A DNA stretch of 64,000 bases from NCBI RefSeq assembly GCF_036365525.1, contig NC_090378.1, positions 124,047,593 through 124,111,592 on the forward strand. The letters run 5' to 3'. Each line of letters begins with the position of its first letter. Within the stretch, counting starts at the first letter, position 1. The position numbers were made by a program, and so were the translations under genes. The stretch comes from Heterodontus francisci (lineage: Eukaryota). The notes below the pieces were generated by a model. It was not told where the DNA came from, did no database searches, and saw nothing but the letters and a program-made list of their open reading frames with translations. Of the stretch, positions 22,070 to 35,164 are shown one piece after another.

Positions 22070-23602
22070 ATAAAAATGAATTCCATTCCTCCCTTGTCTG
22101 CACGGCCTCACAAACGCGAATCTGTTATTGTCCAGCCACCACATTCAAGCAGATCTAGTCAGCACCGCTGGAGAGATCAGAAACAGGAATCCCAGCCAGT
22201 TTTCCCCTCCCAAACCTATGGGTACTGAGGTCAATTGGAGAGTCTCCATCACTATCTCTTTATAGACCAGGGGTTGAACTTGAGACCTTTCTGGACTGCA
22301 TTGTTCAGCTGCTCATTGGAGGACCTCACTGAGCTGCTGGCTGGGGATCAGTCGTTGATTTTTATATGCGGTTACTGACATGTTCTGAAGTTTTTCCCAA
22401 AAGATAGACAGCCAGCAAGTATGAAGTCCAAATCCACCTCTCAAGAGAATGCATTGTAGAATCAGCTCTGTGGTCTCCACTTCTTATATTAGTGTAAAAC
22501 TTTGCATCTTTCTCCTTTTAGCAAGTTATAATTTTCTGCATGTTATACTTCCACCCTTGGCTTTCATTTCTACACAATTTATTCTTGGCCATCTGCAATT
22601 GTGACAGATCATTCAGATGGATTTTACATTCCTCAGCGTTCCCAATAACTGGAACTCTTTGTTCATTTGGAGTGATCTTGGATCAGATATTCATCTATTA
22701 CAGGAGCTCAGTATTGTTCTCTTTTACTTTAATACATCATTGGATCAATATACATTGTTCTTCCTCTATGAGCCATGACTTTCAATCCTGTAACTTTGAG
22801 ATTTGACACTAAGGCCTGTATTTTCTTGATGTTGGATACTGGGGAGACAAGACTTCTGCTCGGCACTTTGACCTTGAATTAACCCCCAACCTGATTTCAT
22901 GGTCAGAGCTCATTCGCTGTGCAAGTAAATCTCCTACAGTGATCCTTGCCACCAAGAGGGAGGCCTATGCTGCAAAGCCAGAAAATTCTGGAATTTCTCC
23001 AATGAGACTGTCACCACAGCACCTGAGGAAAAGGGGATTTTGAGAGAATGGGGGTATTTAAAGGGAACAGAAGAGCCCAGAAAGGGAGGAATGGAATTCA
23101 TTTTTAGCCTCAGTCTAATCCTAAAGCCTTAAAAGATTAGTAATTGAGATCGACAGGAAGGGAGATGAGACCACTAATAACTCCTCTCCCTCCATCCAGC
23201 TGCATGGGCATTCTACTGCCACTCACCAGTGCCTACTGCCAATTTCCAGGGCTACCACCACCCTCGAGGAACTACCACTACCTTCCAGAGCTTCCTATCA
23301 CCTGCTGTTGACAGTACCAGGCACTGGCAGGGAAAACACCGGTAAGCAAGAAAATCCAGAGACTTGGTCCAGCAGTATTTGCATGTGGTCATTGGCAAAT
23401 GAAATATGACAGATAAATGTGAGATAATGCACTATGATAGGAAAAATAGAAATATCGTCTTTCCTTTGAAAATAAGAAAGTGAATGGGGCAGAAGAGAAA
23501 AGTGATCTGAGGATACAAGTGAACAAATGATTAAATGCAGCATCGTAGGTCAGTAAAGATATTAAAAATTCTAACAAAGCACTGGAATTTATATCTAGGA
23601 GT

Positions 23603-24455
23603 TGTCATGCCACGAAGGGAAGTGGTGAATTATTAAATGAACTGGAAGAATTATGAAATAAAACTCAACTGTTGAACCGAGCTACAAAAAATGGACACCT
23701 TCGTGCCGCAGACAAAATGGAGTAAAGGTCAAGTGACCCCTCCTGTATTGTCAATAAACATGTATGTCTATTGAAGATTAAACCCATTATCCACATCTGA
23801 ATTAGCTTTGGGGAAAGCACATTGAAATAGAAAAAACAGCCCATTCCATGCTAACAACTCCTATCGACAGGCATGGAGCTAACAAAGACGTTTGCAGACA
23901 GATTGACTCCAAAGCCAAGGCCAAAATTATAGGTACGAACACCTATTTATCAAAATGGACCATATTTAGACACCATCATGTAACAATTGGTTCCCATGTC
24001 CTGGAACATTGTATAAATCACCCCAGGGGACAGAGCCCTTAGTCACCTGACCGACACCCCAACCTGGCGAGTTTCTCCCTTAAAAGGTATTTCTCTGGAG
24101 AGAGAGAGATAGAGAACAGCCAATGAGCAGCCAAAGAAGGTCTTTTCCAGGCAGACCAGCTATGAGACAGTGCCAACTAAGCAGAAGCCTCAGTGATAAC
24201 ATCTTTTAACGACTGCAGCAGAAAAATTGCAAGGGGAACCAGGATTTCCCACCACCAACTTCAGACTGAGGCTTAACCACAAGGAGCCTATGACACTTCA
24301 TCCTTTTCAAGACAATGAACATTCAGACCTGTACGGATGAAAGATTTCCTCACAAAAAAACTTCTAAAGCTTTTTTTTAAAGACTGAACTCTTTACAATT
24401 GGAATCAATATTGCACACGACCCTCTACTCTCCATCTTTTCTTGTGTGCGTGTGT
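23603..24455 (+). mobile_element. LTR-like sequence truncated by the downstream provirus
   Basis: Starts TGTCATG inside a CR1 relic; TATA-like tgtataaat near 24010; GA and GT microrepeats as in the LTR at 48055-48550. Confidence 0.45.
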
Positions 24456-24914
24456 TGTGGAGTATTCTTGAAAGCACTTCACACGAGACGGCTGTAGGTG
24501 AACTAAGGAAAATTTATTCAGAGATACAAGTATGCATACAGGGGAGTACATTTCTCAGTGAGATCCAAGAGGCAACTCAAAACTCCTTTGTTCAATTCAC
24601 ATACTTATACTTTAACTTCACGTGACATTCTCTGCGTCAACTATTTTCACATATTCACTTGGCCAGCTGCTTATTCCAACATACTTTGTTTCTACATATC
24701 AGCTATTTTTTAATCATCTAACCGTTCCAAGGCCATCAGTTTGTGGTTTGATCGTTCAATTTCCTTCTTCGTTCTTGTTCCTTCCCCAGTCATGTCTCAC
24801 TTTAATTATATCTTCACATGGCCCATTGCTTCACACTTCTGAAAAACAGGTTGAGGTAACACATTATGTACAATGTTGGCAGTTTTCAACATTCTTCTTG
24901 CTAATTATTCCATG
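24456..24914 (-). mobile_element. 3' LTR of an endogenous retrovirus-like element
   Basis: Imperfect terminal inverted repeat TGTGGAGTA / TATTCCATG; minus-strand TATA-like GTATAAGTA (~24602-24610) and AATAAA (24518-24513); purine-rich PPT gtggggtctaaagtagggaat at 24935-24915. Confidence 0.7.
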
Positions 24915-25120
24915 ATTCCCTACTTTAGACCCCACTTTTGACCCCTGGTCAGATACGATCTGGCCCAGGTGGCCCAGGTGGTCATTCCCTGAATCCTCCA
25001 CCTGTCGAACAATCTGAGGATCTGGGACTCGACAAACTTCAAATCCCTTCCTGAGGTCCTCTTATGGCCTTACTGAGGTCTTAGTGATCTAGGCTGAGCC
25101 TGGGACTGATTCTACCTACA

Positions 25121-26434
25121 TTACATCATTATTACCTCTCTGAGGTTGCCCCCCCGTAAGTAGGTGCGTGACCCTGTGGGCATTGGATTGTATCTTTTGG
25201 TGGCCAGCATTACCATTAGCTCTGCTTGAGACATCATCAGTTTCTGGGAACAGCAGATACACAGGCTGATTAGCAACACTACAATGGATGCACCTGCTGC
25301 CACATATCTCTCTCTGTCCCACTACTCGTACCGCATTCTTGCTATTGTTTCACTGCCTTGTGCTGAATCCTCCAGCTTCCTGGCTTTCTCTGTTGCCTGG
25401 TGTATTTGTACTCTCCCACTGGTTACTGCCTGGTAACTTTCCTTCACATATTTATTGGCCATAATCAGGGCCTTACCTATCGCCTTCCTTCCAGGCTATC
25501 TCTCCTGCGCATCATCTATGCTTTGCGTTTTGTCCCACCGTGGGCTAAACATGTATCCAGTGAGAGCCCTACCAGCTATGTGGAAGTCTCCAACAGTAAA
25601 TAAGTCAATTATATGCAGACAGAAAGTGTGATTGTTGCCACACTCTAAACTTCCGTTTTATCTGTCAGGAAAGACCATTGTGTGAGGGAGGTTTGGACTG
25701 CCTTGAAGGCCTTTTCCAGAGGATTCACTGACACTACAATGGCAGAACTATTACTGATGGGCTTTAAGCTGTTGCCTGAGCAGACAATGAAATGCTGTGA
25801 TTCTGTACAACATTGCCGTGTTGTCATCAGTCAGGTGGTATTCTTACTGGTCACCAAGTATTCCCGGGATCCCACCTGGTATACCCACCCAGTCTATTCT
25901 ATTCCTAATGATTTGAATTTACATCCCCCTTGATAATTCTCATTGGTATGTTACTGGGGCAGGGTCATCAGAAACTTTATTATTTTCTCTCCTCCACTCG
26001 CAGTGGGTCATCAACGTTTTTAACATCGTATCATTACCCGTACTGGTAATACAGGTCAAGTTAGACTTGTGTATGTGACACTGACAAGAGGAGTTAATGC
26101 AGCCTGCAGGCTCATACAGCCAAGAGCCTACGTCGTCTCTACACGAGGACCACGGGTTTGGCAGGCAGAATGTAAGACCTGGTCTGGACAGTGATACCTG
26201 TGTTATCACATTCCTCAAACTAATCGAGATGATGCGATGGCTGTCTCCGGTCATCCTGTCCAATATCCGGACATTGGGTCTCCTTACCCACTCTCCATGG
26301 CCTCCTTTGGGCAGCTGTATGTACTGGCCAGGATGCTAACAGGTGTTGTTTCTAATAACTATCAGAGGCTTTTCCCAGGCTGCCACAGTTCCCTAGAGGA
26401 TGGTTGCGATGATTCCATCTCTCCAATTCATCAT
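25121..26434 (-). pseudogene. env: Decayed env-like gene with paramyxovirus-F-like motifs (lokiretrovirus-like)
   Basis: Acceptor ctgtgatttctcccaacAG (26440-26439) just before ATGATG; signal-peptide-like MMNWRDGIIATIL*GTVAA; Cys motif EYLVTSKNTT*LMTTRQCCTESQHFIVCSGNSLKPIS; heptad-like segment; TM VAAGASIVVLLISLCICC; cytoplasmic tail; several stops and frameshifts. Confidence 0.7.
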
Positions 26435-26477
26435 TACACTGTTGGGAGAAATCACAGAGGACGCCGGTCATGACTGG

Positions 26478-26710
26478 TTAGTCCTTATTATCCTTTGCGC
26501 CTTTAAAAGGTTTAAGTTGGGACCAATATTTTCAACTACCCTTCCCTCTTATATCCACACGTGCGCAAGTGTCCTTGTCATTAGGACCTCATAGGGCCCT
26601 TGCCATCGGGGTGCTAATCCTGTCTTTTCATTTAAAATCTTGACCATGACCTGATCTCCTACCCCTGGTATGTCTGAATACTATTGATTGTTCTGACCTT
26701 CCCCACCTAC
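26478..26710 (-). pseudogene. pol: Retroviral integrase C-terminal tail (GPY/F module)
   Basis: IPGVGDQVMVKILNEKTGLAPRWQGPYEVLMT, then after a frameshift DTCARVDIRGKGS*KYWSQLKPFKG; stop at 26480-26478; truncated near 26710. Confidence 0.8.
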
Positions 26711-26714
26711 AGAT

Positions 26715-28900
26715 CACGTCACTCAATAATGCTCTCAACTATGAGCACATAAATACATATAATTCAAGCAATCAATCATTCATGGACTTAAGATTCTCCA
26801 GCTCTCCTTTTATCTGCATCCAACTTCTGGATAATTCTTATTAAATGCTAGACTTAGATCTTAATTGTCGCAATCCAGATTCTATATCCCTCTTTATATT
26901 AATTTCACTCCCTCTGACAGGTACAATTCTATCTGATTAATTTAAAGTCAGTTTCTCTATGGAATACGTGTCAATGCTTTGATGATTCAAAATGTTGTCT
27001 CACTCCACTGGCCACAATAACCATTTCATGTCATGCTGTTTGTCAAGTAGTTGCACATGTTTGAGAACCGTTCGTCAGTGCATTTCCACCATGCATTTTG
27101 CATGTTAATTACTTCACATGTAAAAAGTCACATCTGCACTCTTACACTGGTATCCCAATATCACGCCACACATTCTCAACTCTCAGGTGATCTTATCAAA
27201 AGATCAAAAAGGGGGGTGTCTGTCACAAAACCTTTGCTTATCTCCCCCGTATGGTTCTGATACCTCGGGCAGTGGCTGGACATTTAAATGTGGTTTTCTT
27301 TAAAAAAAAACTCAAAGGCAAGGATACAAATATTTCCAAGAGAAAAGTGTCAATTACAATTCTTATCTACACATCTTAACTTCCACTGGAAAGTACTGGA
27401 CTTCTCGGAAATTATACACGATACTAATTGAAGGGTTTGAATTTTAATTTTCTAATATTTGTTCCCCAAATTCCCTTATTAGCTCTTGCACCAGCCCGAT
27501 TTAACTTCCAATATTATAATTAATCCCATTAATTAGAATTCCATTTCATTTTTTTGAGCCCTGGAGGAACTTTACAGTCCAATACAATATTATAATATCT
27601 TTAAACCTGAGAACCAAACATTCCCATTTGATCCCAGGCATTACAAGATTTTGTTTGTTCTTATTCTTAGATGGCATTTTAGTTTCTCAAAAGTAACTTG
27701 CAAAATTACGTTGGACTCTTTGCATCTCAAAATTATCCCAAATTCAAATAACAGTGTTGTTGGAGTGACAAGGTTTATTCATGTTCTATTTATTTCTCCC
27801 CAAAAGAGCCTTATTCTCATGCACTTTGTCTTGGAAGATAACAAATGACAAAAATCTTAGAAAAGGTAAAGCCTTTCGTCCAAATCTGATGTCTGCAGAT
27901 AAGTTCTTAAATTCTCGTGCTGTGGCATCAATTCTCATGTCGCCTGTTTTAAAAAAAAACACACAAAGAACCCATTGTGGCTCTGCCCCAGAGCCAAATG
28001 GGTTAACTTATCCAAATACATCTGCCGATTTAGAAACTTAAAATTTAATAATGTCCAATATATAAATTTTACACTCAGCAATGCAAAAGTTGTGTGGTGA
28101 ATTAAATGAAAACGCAGATGGAGCAAAAATAATTCTCAGATTTGTCGCTTTATGTAACTTCTTTTTTCAAAATACTTTCCTGATTGAAAACAATCAAACT
28201 CCATTTTAAAATAGTTTTTTTTCCAATTCTTTTTGGTATCCTTAGGAAGTGAAAACAGCAAAAATCATTCGTAACATCATCAACTTATAGAGAGATACAG
28301 CATTGAAATAGGTCCTTCAGCCCACCAAGTCTGTGCCGACCAACAACCACCCACTTATACTATTCCAACATTAATTCCCATATTCCCTACCACCAACCTA
28401 CACTAGGGGCAATTTACAATGGCCAATTGACCTATCAACCTGCAAGTCTTTTGGCTGTGGGAAGAAACCAGAGCACCCAGTGGAAACTCACATGGTCACA
28501 GAGAGAACTTGCAAACTCCACACAGGCAGTACCCAGAACTGAACCAAGGTCACTGGAGCTGTGAGACTGCAGTGTTAACCACTGCGCCACTCAAACTCCA
28601 AATAAAAATGTCTCTGGCAAGGAAGTCAGCGTTTTGGATTAACTTCCAATTGTTTCCAAACTTTCTAACATCGTCTTGTAAGAGGTTTCTAACCCAATGA
28701 TTTTTTGATAACAACCAGGCTTATTCCAAATTCCAGTTCACAGCAATAAACATATAAAATTCAAACTGTCAATGTTACATGAGTGAGCCTTGTATCTGGA
28801 ATTAAAGAGTCTCTCAAACCTTGATAATTTCATTGTGGTAACAAATGAAATTCCAGTTTTCCCAACTTAACAGGTTCGTTAACTTTAATACTCCCAATTT
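26715..28900 (+). mobile_element. Possible 3' end of a second LTR element (PPT, then an AT-rich LTR-like region)
   Basis: aaaagatcaaaaagggggg followed by tgtctgtcacaa at ~27197-27228; hydrophobic decayed frame at ~26770-26900. Right boundary unclear. Confidence 0.35.
28288..28590 (-). mobile_element. HE1-type V-SINE
   Basis: Homologous to 21749-22069. Confidence 0.9.
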
Positions 28901-29164
28901 AATTCAAATTATGGTACAGTACATGGCTCTACTTGATTGTATCATACTGTATTTGATTTGATAATATTGAAACTGTGTCACTGTGCATGCCTGTGTAATA
29001 CTGGTACTATATTGCAGTACTGTATCTGACTGTAATACTCGTACTCAACTGTATTGCTGTACTTGACTAATATATTAATAACATGCTTTCTTACAGTAAA
29101 TGGCTGTGCGATATATGTACTTTTTTTTATTACTGTACCTGAATGTAATAGTGGTGCTTTACTG

Positions 29165-30070
29165 TACAGAGCAGGACAAGCTGCTGGAAGAGGGAGGAGG
29201 AGGAGGGGGGAGAAGGGCTCTCAGCAGGAGGCCATGTCCACCCAGGTTGTTCAAGGAGCAATTTTCCCACCTGAACCTCAGCGAAGAACTGTGGGAAACT
29301 TGTTTTCACTTCACCAAGGAGGTCCTCACTGAAATCTGCCACAAGCTACAGCCACAACTGCAGTTCAGAGCAGGGTGAGGATGACATTGCCAGTGACTGT
29401 GAAGTCACTGTGATCGTAACCATGAACTTTATGTGTTGGGCTCCTTCCAGGCAGCAGCAGGCAATATTTGTAACTTCTCTCAGTGTGCCAACTACTCTTG
29501 CATAAGGGAGGCCACTGAGCCTCTGTATTGCAAGAATGCTGAATGCATTTCATTCTGTCTTGCCAGAGAGAAATAGGTGGAGCAAACATGTGGCTTCACG
29601 AGGACTGCAACTTCCCCACGGTGCAGGGTGCCACTGATTCGACACAAGTCGCGTTGCTGGCACTGCATGCTAACTCTGAGATATACCACAACTGAAAGTG
29701 ATCTCACTCCCTCAATATCCAGTTGGTGTGTGACCAGATGCATGCAGGTCAATGCCCGGTATCCTGACAGCAGTCATGATGCCTTCATTCTGCAGCAGTT
29801 GGCTGTGCCATTTGTATTTCAGCCACCACCACAAACCAGAGGGCGGCTCCTGGGCAACAAGGGCTATCTGCTGACAACATGATTCAGACTCTGGTGCACA
29901 TGTTGCAGCATGCATACAATGAAAGCCACGCTGCCACACAAAATGTGAATATACAGACCATTGGGATGTTGAAACAGCGCTTCTACTGCCTGAACCATTC
30001 TGAAGGAGGCCTGCAGTACTCGGTAGAGCACGGGTCAAGGTTCATGGATGTCTGTTGCGGCCTGCAATGT
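29165..30070 (+). mobile_element. Harbinger DDE transposase relic (HARBI1-like)
   Basis: PPRLFKEQFSHLNLSEE, FTKEVLTEIC, LPVTVK, HSLNIQLVCD, QVNARYPDSSHDAFIL, LLGNKGY, QTIGMLKQRFYCL; many frameshifts. Confidence 0.9.
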
Positions 30071-31401
30071 TAGCAGTGGCCATTACTCCCAGTGGTGCTG
30101 CCGATACTGTTGGACTGCCGGACCTGTGACTGGCCAGCAGCTCTTGGAAGCAAGATCCCCAGTCGAGAGCCATAAAATCCAGCTCTTTCAGTGGAGAAGA
30201 ATGTAGATGGCCGTGCAGGCCAACCTCAAGCAGCTCGAGGCCTAGTGACTGAGCTTCCACCACCTTCTGGAGAAAAGAATTCCAAAGATTCACCACCCTC
30301 TGAGTGCAGAAGTTCCTCCTCATCTCAGTCCTAAATTGCTTGCCCTTTATTCTGAGATTGTGACCCCTGGTTCTAGACCCCACAGCCAGGGGGAACATTC
30401 TTTCTGCATCTATCCTGACTATCCCTTTAAGAAATTTGTAAGTTTCTATGAGATCGCCTCTCATTATTCTAAACTCCAGAGAATACAGGCCCAGTCTCCT
30501 CCATCTCTCCACATAGGACATTCCCACCTTCCCAGGACTCAGTCTGGTGAACCTCCGCTGCACTCCCTCTCTGGCAAGTATATCCTTCCTCAGGCAAGGG
30601 AACCAGAACTGCACACAATATTCCTGGTGCAACCTCACCAATGCTCTATACAACCGAACCAAGACTTCTTTACTCCTGTACTCAAGTCCTCTTGTGATGA
30701 AGGCTAACATACCGTTTGCCTTCCCAATTGCTTGCTGCACCTGCATGCAAGCTTTCAATGACTTATGAACAGGAACATCTAGGTCCCTTTGGACATTAAC
30801 ATTTTCCAATCGCTCATCATTTAAGAAATACTCTGCACCTCCGTTCCTCCTACCAAAGTGGATATCCTCACACTTATCCACATTATATTCTATCTGCTAT
30901 GATCCTACCCACTCACTCAGCCTGTCCAAATCCCCTGAAGCCTCTTTGTATCCTCCTCACAACTCACATTCCCACCAAGTTTTGTCATCCGCAGACTTGG
31001 AAATATTACAATTGTTCTCCATATCCAAATCATTGATGTAGATTGTGAGCAGCTGGGGCCAAAGCATTGATCCTGCCGGTACCCTACTAGTGACAGCCTG
31101 CCAACTGGAGAATGACCCATTTATTCCTACTCTCTATTTTCTGCCTGTTACCAATCCCCAATCCATGCTAGTATATTACCCCCAATCCCATGCACTTTAA
31201 TTTTTCTTACTAACCTATGTGGGACTTTATCAAAAACTTTCTGAAAGTCCAAATACACCACATCCACTGGTTCTCCCTTATCCACTCTGCTAGTAAAACA
31301 TGATTTTCCCTTCGTAACTCCATGTTGACTCAGCCCATTATTTTCTAAGTGCCCAGTAAACACATCCTTTAAAACAGATTCTGGTATTTTCCCTACTACC
31401 C

Positions 31402-31944
31402 ACGTCAGGCGGTGGCTCATTAACACGGAGGGGGTTGAACGCCCACCCCGAGGGGCGCATGCTCCGTCCTCGCCAACAGTGTCTGGAGCCACCACATAGG
31501 TGCCGGTGCCATTTTTAAAGGGCCTTCCATTGTATTAAAATTTTTAAAGGCACAGGTTTGTGAAACAATTTGAAAAAATGGAGTCACACTTCCAAACCCC
31601 TCTCCTCCCCCACTCAATGAATAATCACAGCATTATTTTTCATGCCCCCCAAAAAATGCAAATCCTCCATCCCCACCGGCTGGAACATTAGCGTAGGATG
31701 GCTGTCACTGTAAGGTAAATCATTATTCTATAAGTATAATTTATATACATAAGTTAATGATATTTTTTCTGCCGAGCGGCAGGGGTGCAGGGAGGGACAC
31801 CACCGAGGCCTCGTCGCTGCTGGTAAAAGGGGGCGGAGCCTTCCTGGCCTCGAGGCCCATGGCAGGCCTCTCCTGGAAGCATTTTCCGGGACCTCCTGTC
31901 ACAACCCCCAAGGTCGGGGGGTGGGGGTCAGTAAAATTCAGCCC
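31402..31944. mobile_element. Non-autonomous Harbinger-type element fragment inside the CR1
   Basis: GC-rich block ending gtaaaattcagccc, the inverse of the GGGCTG(G/A)ATTTTAC terminus; interrupts the CR1 RT. Confidence 0.55.
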
Positions 31945-32227
31945 AAGTTTGTAGTTCCCTGTTTTTCTCTCCTTTCTGAAACAGTGGGGTTATATTTGTA
32001 ATCTGCAGGCACCGTTGCAGAATTTATGGAATTTTGAAAGATGATCAGCAATGCACCCACTATCTCTGTAGCCATCTTTTTCAACACTCTGGGGTGAAGT
32101 TCATTGAGTCCCAGGGATTTGTCAACTTTCAATCCCATTAATTTCTCCAATACTACTTTTTTACTAATCCTAATTTCTTTTTGTTCCTCATTCTCACTAG
32201 CCCCTTGGATCTCAATTATTTCAAGGA

Positions 32228-32570
32228 ATGTGTGGCGCAGTGGCTAGCACCGCAACCTCACAGCTCCAGCGACCTGGGTTCAATTTTGGGTACTGCCTGT
32301 GTGGAGTTTGCAAGTTCTCCCTGTGTCTGTGTGGGTTTTTGCCAGGTGTTCCAGTTTCCTCCCACACCCAAAGACTTGCAGGTTGAAAGGTAAATTGGCC
32401 ATTATAAATTGCCCCGAGTATAGGTAGGTGGTAGGGCAATATAGGGACAGGTGGGAATGTGGTAGAAATATGGAACTAGTATAGGATTGATAGAAATGGG
32501 TGGTTGATGGTCAGCACAGACTCAGTGGGCCGAAGGGCCTGTTTGATTGCTGTATCTCTAAATAAATAAG
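32228..32570 (+). mobile_element. HE1-type V-SINE
   Basis: tggcgcagtggctagc A-box-like and ggttcaatt B-box-like motifs, V-domain, tail gtatctctaaataaataa. Confidence 0.9.
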
Positions 32571-35164
32571 ACAGACTCAAGTAATTATTTAGCTTCTCTG
32601 CCATTTATCTATTTCCCATTATAAATTTTCCTGTCTCTGCCTGTCATGGACCCACATTTGTCTTTGCTATTTTTTTCCTTTTTACATACCCATAGGAACT
32701 TTTACAATCTGTATTTATTTTTCTTGCTCGTTTACATTCATATTCTATTCTCTCTTTCTTTATCAATTTCTTGGTCCTCCTTTTCTGGATTCTAGAATTC
32801 TCCCAATGCTCTGGCTTATGACTTTTTGGCAACTTTATAAGCCTCTCTCTTTGATCTAATATTATCTTTAACTTCCTTTATTAGCCAAGACTGACTCGCT
32901 TTCCCTATTGGGTTTTTTTGCCCGAAATGAATATTTTTTGAAAACCATGCATTAATTCTTTAAATACTAGCCATTGCCTGTCTGCCGACAAACCTTTTAA
33001 TGTATTTTACCAATCCACCATGGCCAACTTGCCCCTCATACCTTCATAATTGCCCTTGTTTAAATTTAACACACTAATTTCAGATTGAACTACATTTTTT
33101 CAAACTTCATGGAAAATCTATCATACTATGGTCACTTTTCCCTAAAGGTTCTTTTACCTCCAGATTATTAATTAGCTCTTTCTCAATGCATAATACTAAA
33201 TCCAAAATAGCCTGTTCCCTAGTTGGTTCCTCAACATATTGCTCCAAAAAACCATCTCGGACACATTCCAAGAATTCTTCTTCCATAGCATTGGTGCTCA
33301 CTAGATTTACCCAGTCTATATGCAGATTTAATTCACCCATGATTATTGTATTGTCCTACCCATGATTATTGTATTGTCCTTGCTACATACACTTCTAATT
33401 TCCTGATTTATACCACACCCTACATTTACACTACTGTTTGGTGGCCTGTAAACCACTACCAACAATTGTTCCCCTTTTCTGTTTCTTAGCTCCATCCAAA
33501 CAGGTTCTGCATCCTGTCCTTCCAATCAAGGATGCTCTCTCACTAATGCACTAATCCCATCCCTTATTATCAGCACTTCACACTGCCTTTTCCTTTTTGC
33601 CCGTCATTCCTAAATGTTGAATATCCTTTAATATTCAGTTCCCAGTCTTGGTCACCCTGCAGCCACGTCTCTGTAATGGCAAATCAATTATACCTGTTTA
33701 CTCTACTTGTGCCATCAACTCACCTTGTTGCGAATGCTACTTGCAGTCAGCTAGAGTGCCTTTAATTCTGCCTTTTGAACACTATTCTGTATTTTGACCC
33801 TGGTTGGTTCTAGCATTTGTTTCTGCTGCTTTCCACTTTCATTTACAGCTTTTCTACTTCCCATAACCAGCTTTGCTTTTCTCCTATCTGCATTTCCTCG
33901 CAGATTCCCAACCCCCTGATAAATTAGTTTAAACCCTCCGCAACAGCACTAGCAAATTTCCCCACCAGGATATTAGTCCCAGTCCTGTTAGGGTATAACC
34001 CGTCCATCTTGCAGAGGTGCCAACTACCCTGAACCGGTCCCAACTGCCCAGGAATCTAAAGCCCTCCTTCCTACACCATTTTTCTAGTCACGTGTTCATT
34101 CGCTCTATCTTCCTATTTCTAAACTCACTACCACATGGTACTGGGAGTAATCCTGAGATTATGGCCTTAGATGTCCTGCTTTTTAATCTCCTTCCTACCT
34201 CCCTAAATTCTGCTTTCAAGACTTCATCCCTCTTTCTACTTATGTATCTCGTGTCAATGTGGACCACAATTTCTGGCTGTTCACCTTCCTCCAAAAGAAT
34301 GTCCTGCAGCCATTCCATGATATCCTTGACCCTGGCACCAGGGAGGCAAGTTACCATCCTGGAGTCATGGTCTCCAGCCACAAAAATGCCTGTCTGTTCC
34401 CCAAACTATCGAATTGCCTACCACTATTGCCCTACCACTGTTTTTTGCCCCTACATGTGCAGCTGAGACACTTGTGGTGCCACAACCTTGGCTCTTGTTA
34501 TATTCCTCTGACGAACCATTGCCCTCACCAGTATCCAAAATGGAAAACTGGTTAGTGAGTGAGATCGACTCAGAGGACTCCTGCACTACATGCCTGCCCA
34601 ACGGTCATCCATTCACTCGCTGCCTGCACGCTCTTAATCTGCAGTGTGACCACTTGTTAAACATACTATCCACATAGTTTACAGCTTCCTGGATGCACCA
34701 CAGCGACTCCAACCTCCGTTCGAGTTCCAAAACACAGGAGCTTGTTTTTACAGCTGGAGACACTTTCTGCATGTGATCGTCTGGGCCACGTGACGTGTCC
34801 ACGACTCCCCACACGTCACAGAATGGCCATTCCATGCAGCCGAGCTGTCCTTCCACGCCTTAAGCTTACTTTCAGATTATTTACTTTAAACTGGAGACCA
34901 GAGAGTAGAAAGTAAAATTACTCAGCAATCAGCTCCTTCTGTGTGTACAAGGTAGGTTCTTCAGAGTTCAAGAAAAAAAAACTTTCACCTTTCTTCTACG
35001 TTTTTTCTATAATCCAATTATTAACCCACCTAAAGTTTTGAATGCGTCAAGCTCTTTACAATCAGACACTTACACTACATACTCACCAACCAATCAGCTT
35101 ATGACTTTGCTGTGATATCACAGATTTTTTTCCAAATCAGTGCCTCTGATTCCAAGGAGCTCCT

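Larger units (their letters stand above)
30245..35150 (-). mobile_element. Near full-length degenerate CR1 LINE (ORF1 zinc finger/esterase, ORF2 APE-RT) carrying nested MITE and SINE
   Basis: ORF1: AIVVGNSIV, RMVTCLPGARVKDI, IISGLLPVP; ORF2: PTREQAILDLV, ELHPRVLK, VYLDFQKVFDKVPH, HQEYCVQFW. Confidence 0.92.

Noticed and set aside
29165-30070. Domesticated HARBI1 gene
   Set aside because: Multiple frameshifts and stops; a decayed transposon copy.
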